Positions 63,611-64,000 of a DNA stretch of 64,000 nt are shown here, piece by piece. Source of the DNA: Takakia lepidozioides (lineage: Eukaryota > Plantae > Bryophyta). Below the pieces are notes generated by a model. That model did no database searches, was not told the DNA's origin, and saw nothing but the letters and a program-made list of their open reading frames with translations. Position numbers and translations under genes: made by a program. The stretch covers positions 11,346,001-11,410,000 of the forward strand of contig CM060733.1 of the NCBI GenBank assembly GCA_030704615.1, in the 5' to 3' direction. The first letter of the stretch is position 1; each line of letters starts with the position of its first letter.

Positions 63611-64000
63611 TGTCAAGGACGAGAACATGACTGAACACAAACAAGATATCAGACTAGAGGTACAAGACTAAACAAGATATCAAGGTCAGCGTGGCCGAAT
63701 GCATGATGAGTAAACATGAATCAAGATGATCTTTATAACAATGGACAAGAGTACAAGATACTGGGATTCGACTTGAATACTGGAATGCTGGAAACTGGAC
63801 TAGACTGCTAGATACTGGAAACTGGGCTAGAGTACTGGAAGCTGAACTGGAGTACTGGAACTGGAAACAAGAGTAGCTTGAACTTGTATTGGCGAGATTG
63901 AAGAGTGTCCAGTCTCGCCTCCTATATATACTGGCTACTATGAAGTTCTCTAAGAAGCTTCCCCAATGGAAGTTTCTTAATGGAGAAGTTTCTAAGGTTA
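63611..64000 (-). repeat. Gypsy LTR of the same family as 1232-1438, running off the window
   Basis: TGTCAAGGACGAGAACATGACTGAA... near-identical to 1232 onward. The left flank differs, so this is a 3' LTR or solo LTR of another insertion. Confidence 0.85.

Noticed and set aside
1232-64000. The two Gypsy LTRs as ends of one giant element enclosing the window
   Set aside because: The internal domain lies to the left of the 1232 LTR, so that LTR's partner is outside the window. These are independent insertions.

Overview
Eukaryotic nuclear DNA from a land plant, most likely a seed-free one (bryophyte or lycophyte). This is inferred from the expanded PLS-class PPR/DYW genes, a Copia element with a half-tRNA-type primer site and a Tcn1-like Gypsy. 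The window is a transposon-rich, duplication-prone region. Main contents: (1) a cluster of PLS-PPR(-E-DYW) RNA-editing-factor genes and pseudogenes, several fused at the N-terminus to PDF motifs of the organellar ssDNA-binding (OSB) family, one lying downstream of an OSB-type SSB exon; (2) an intact 10-exon CASTOR/POLLUX(DMI1)-like gene that appears to encode only the RCK gating ring, with no transmembrane pore; (3) a full-length LINE plus three stacked 3' ends of the same family in one GA microsatellite inside that gene's intron 2; (4) an 11.9-kb Mutator-like element with long TIRs, a perfect 9-bp TSD, a SWIM transposase and a ULP1-like passenger gene; (5) a TTAA-flanked piggyBac-like MITE, Copia and Gypsy remnants and two tRNA-derived SINEs; (6) three copies of a 90-aa Cys-rich membrane peptide gene, a small LRR gene, and co-oriented fragments of CDC20, a SEC-C-motif protein and an ABCG transporter. 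Family assignments come from motif recognition by eye, not database searches.
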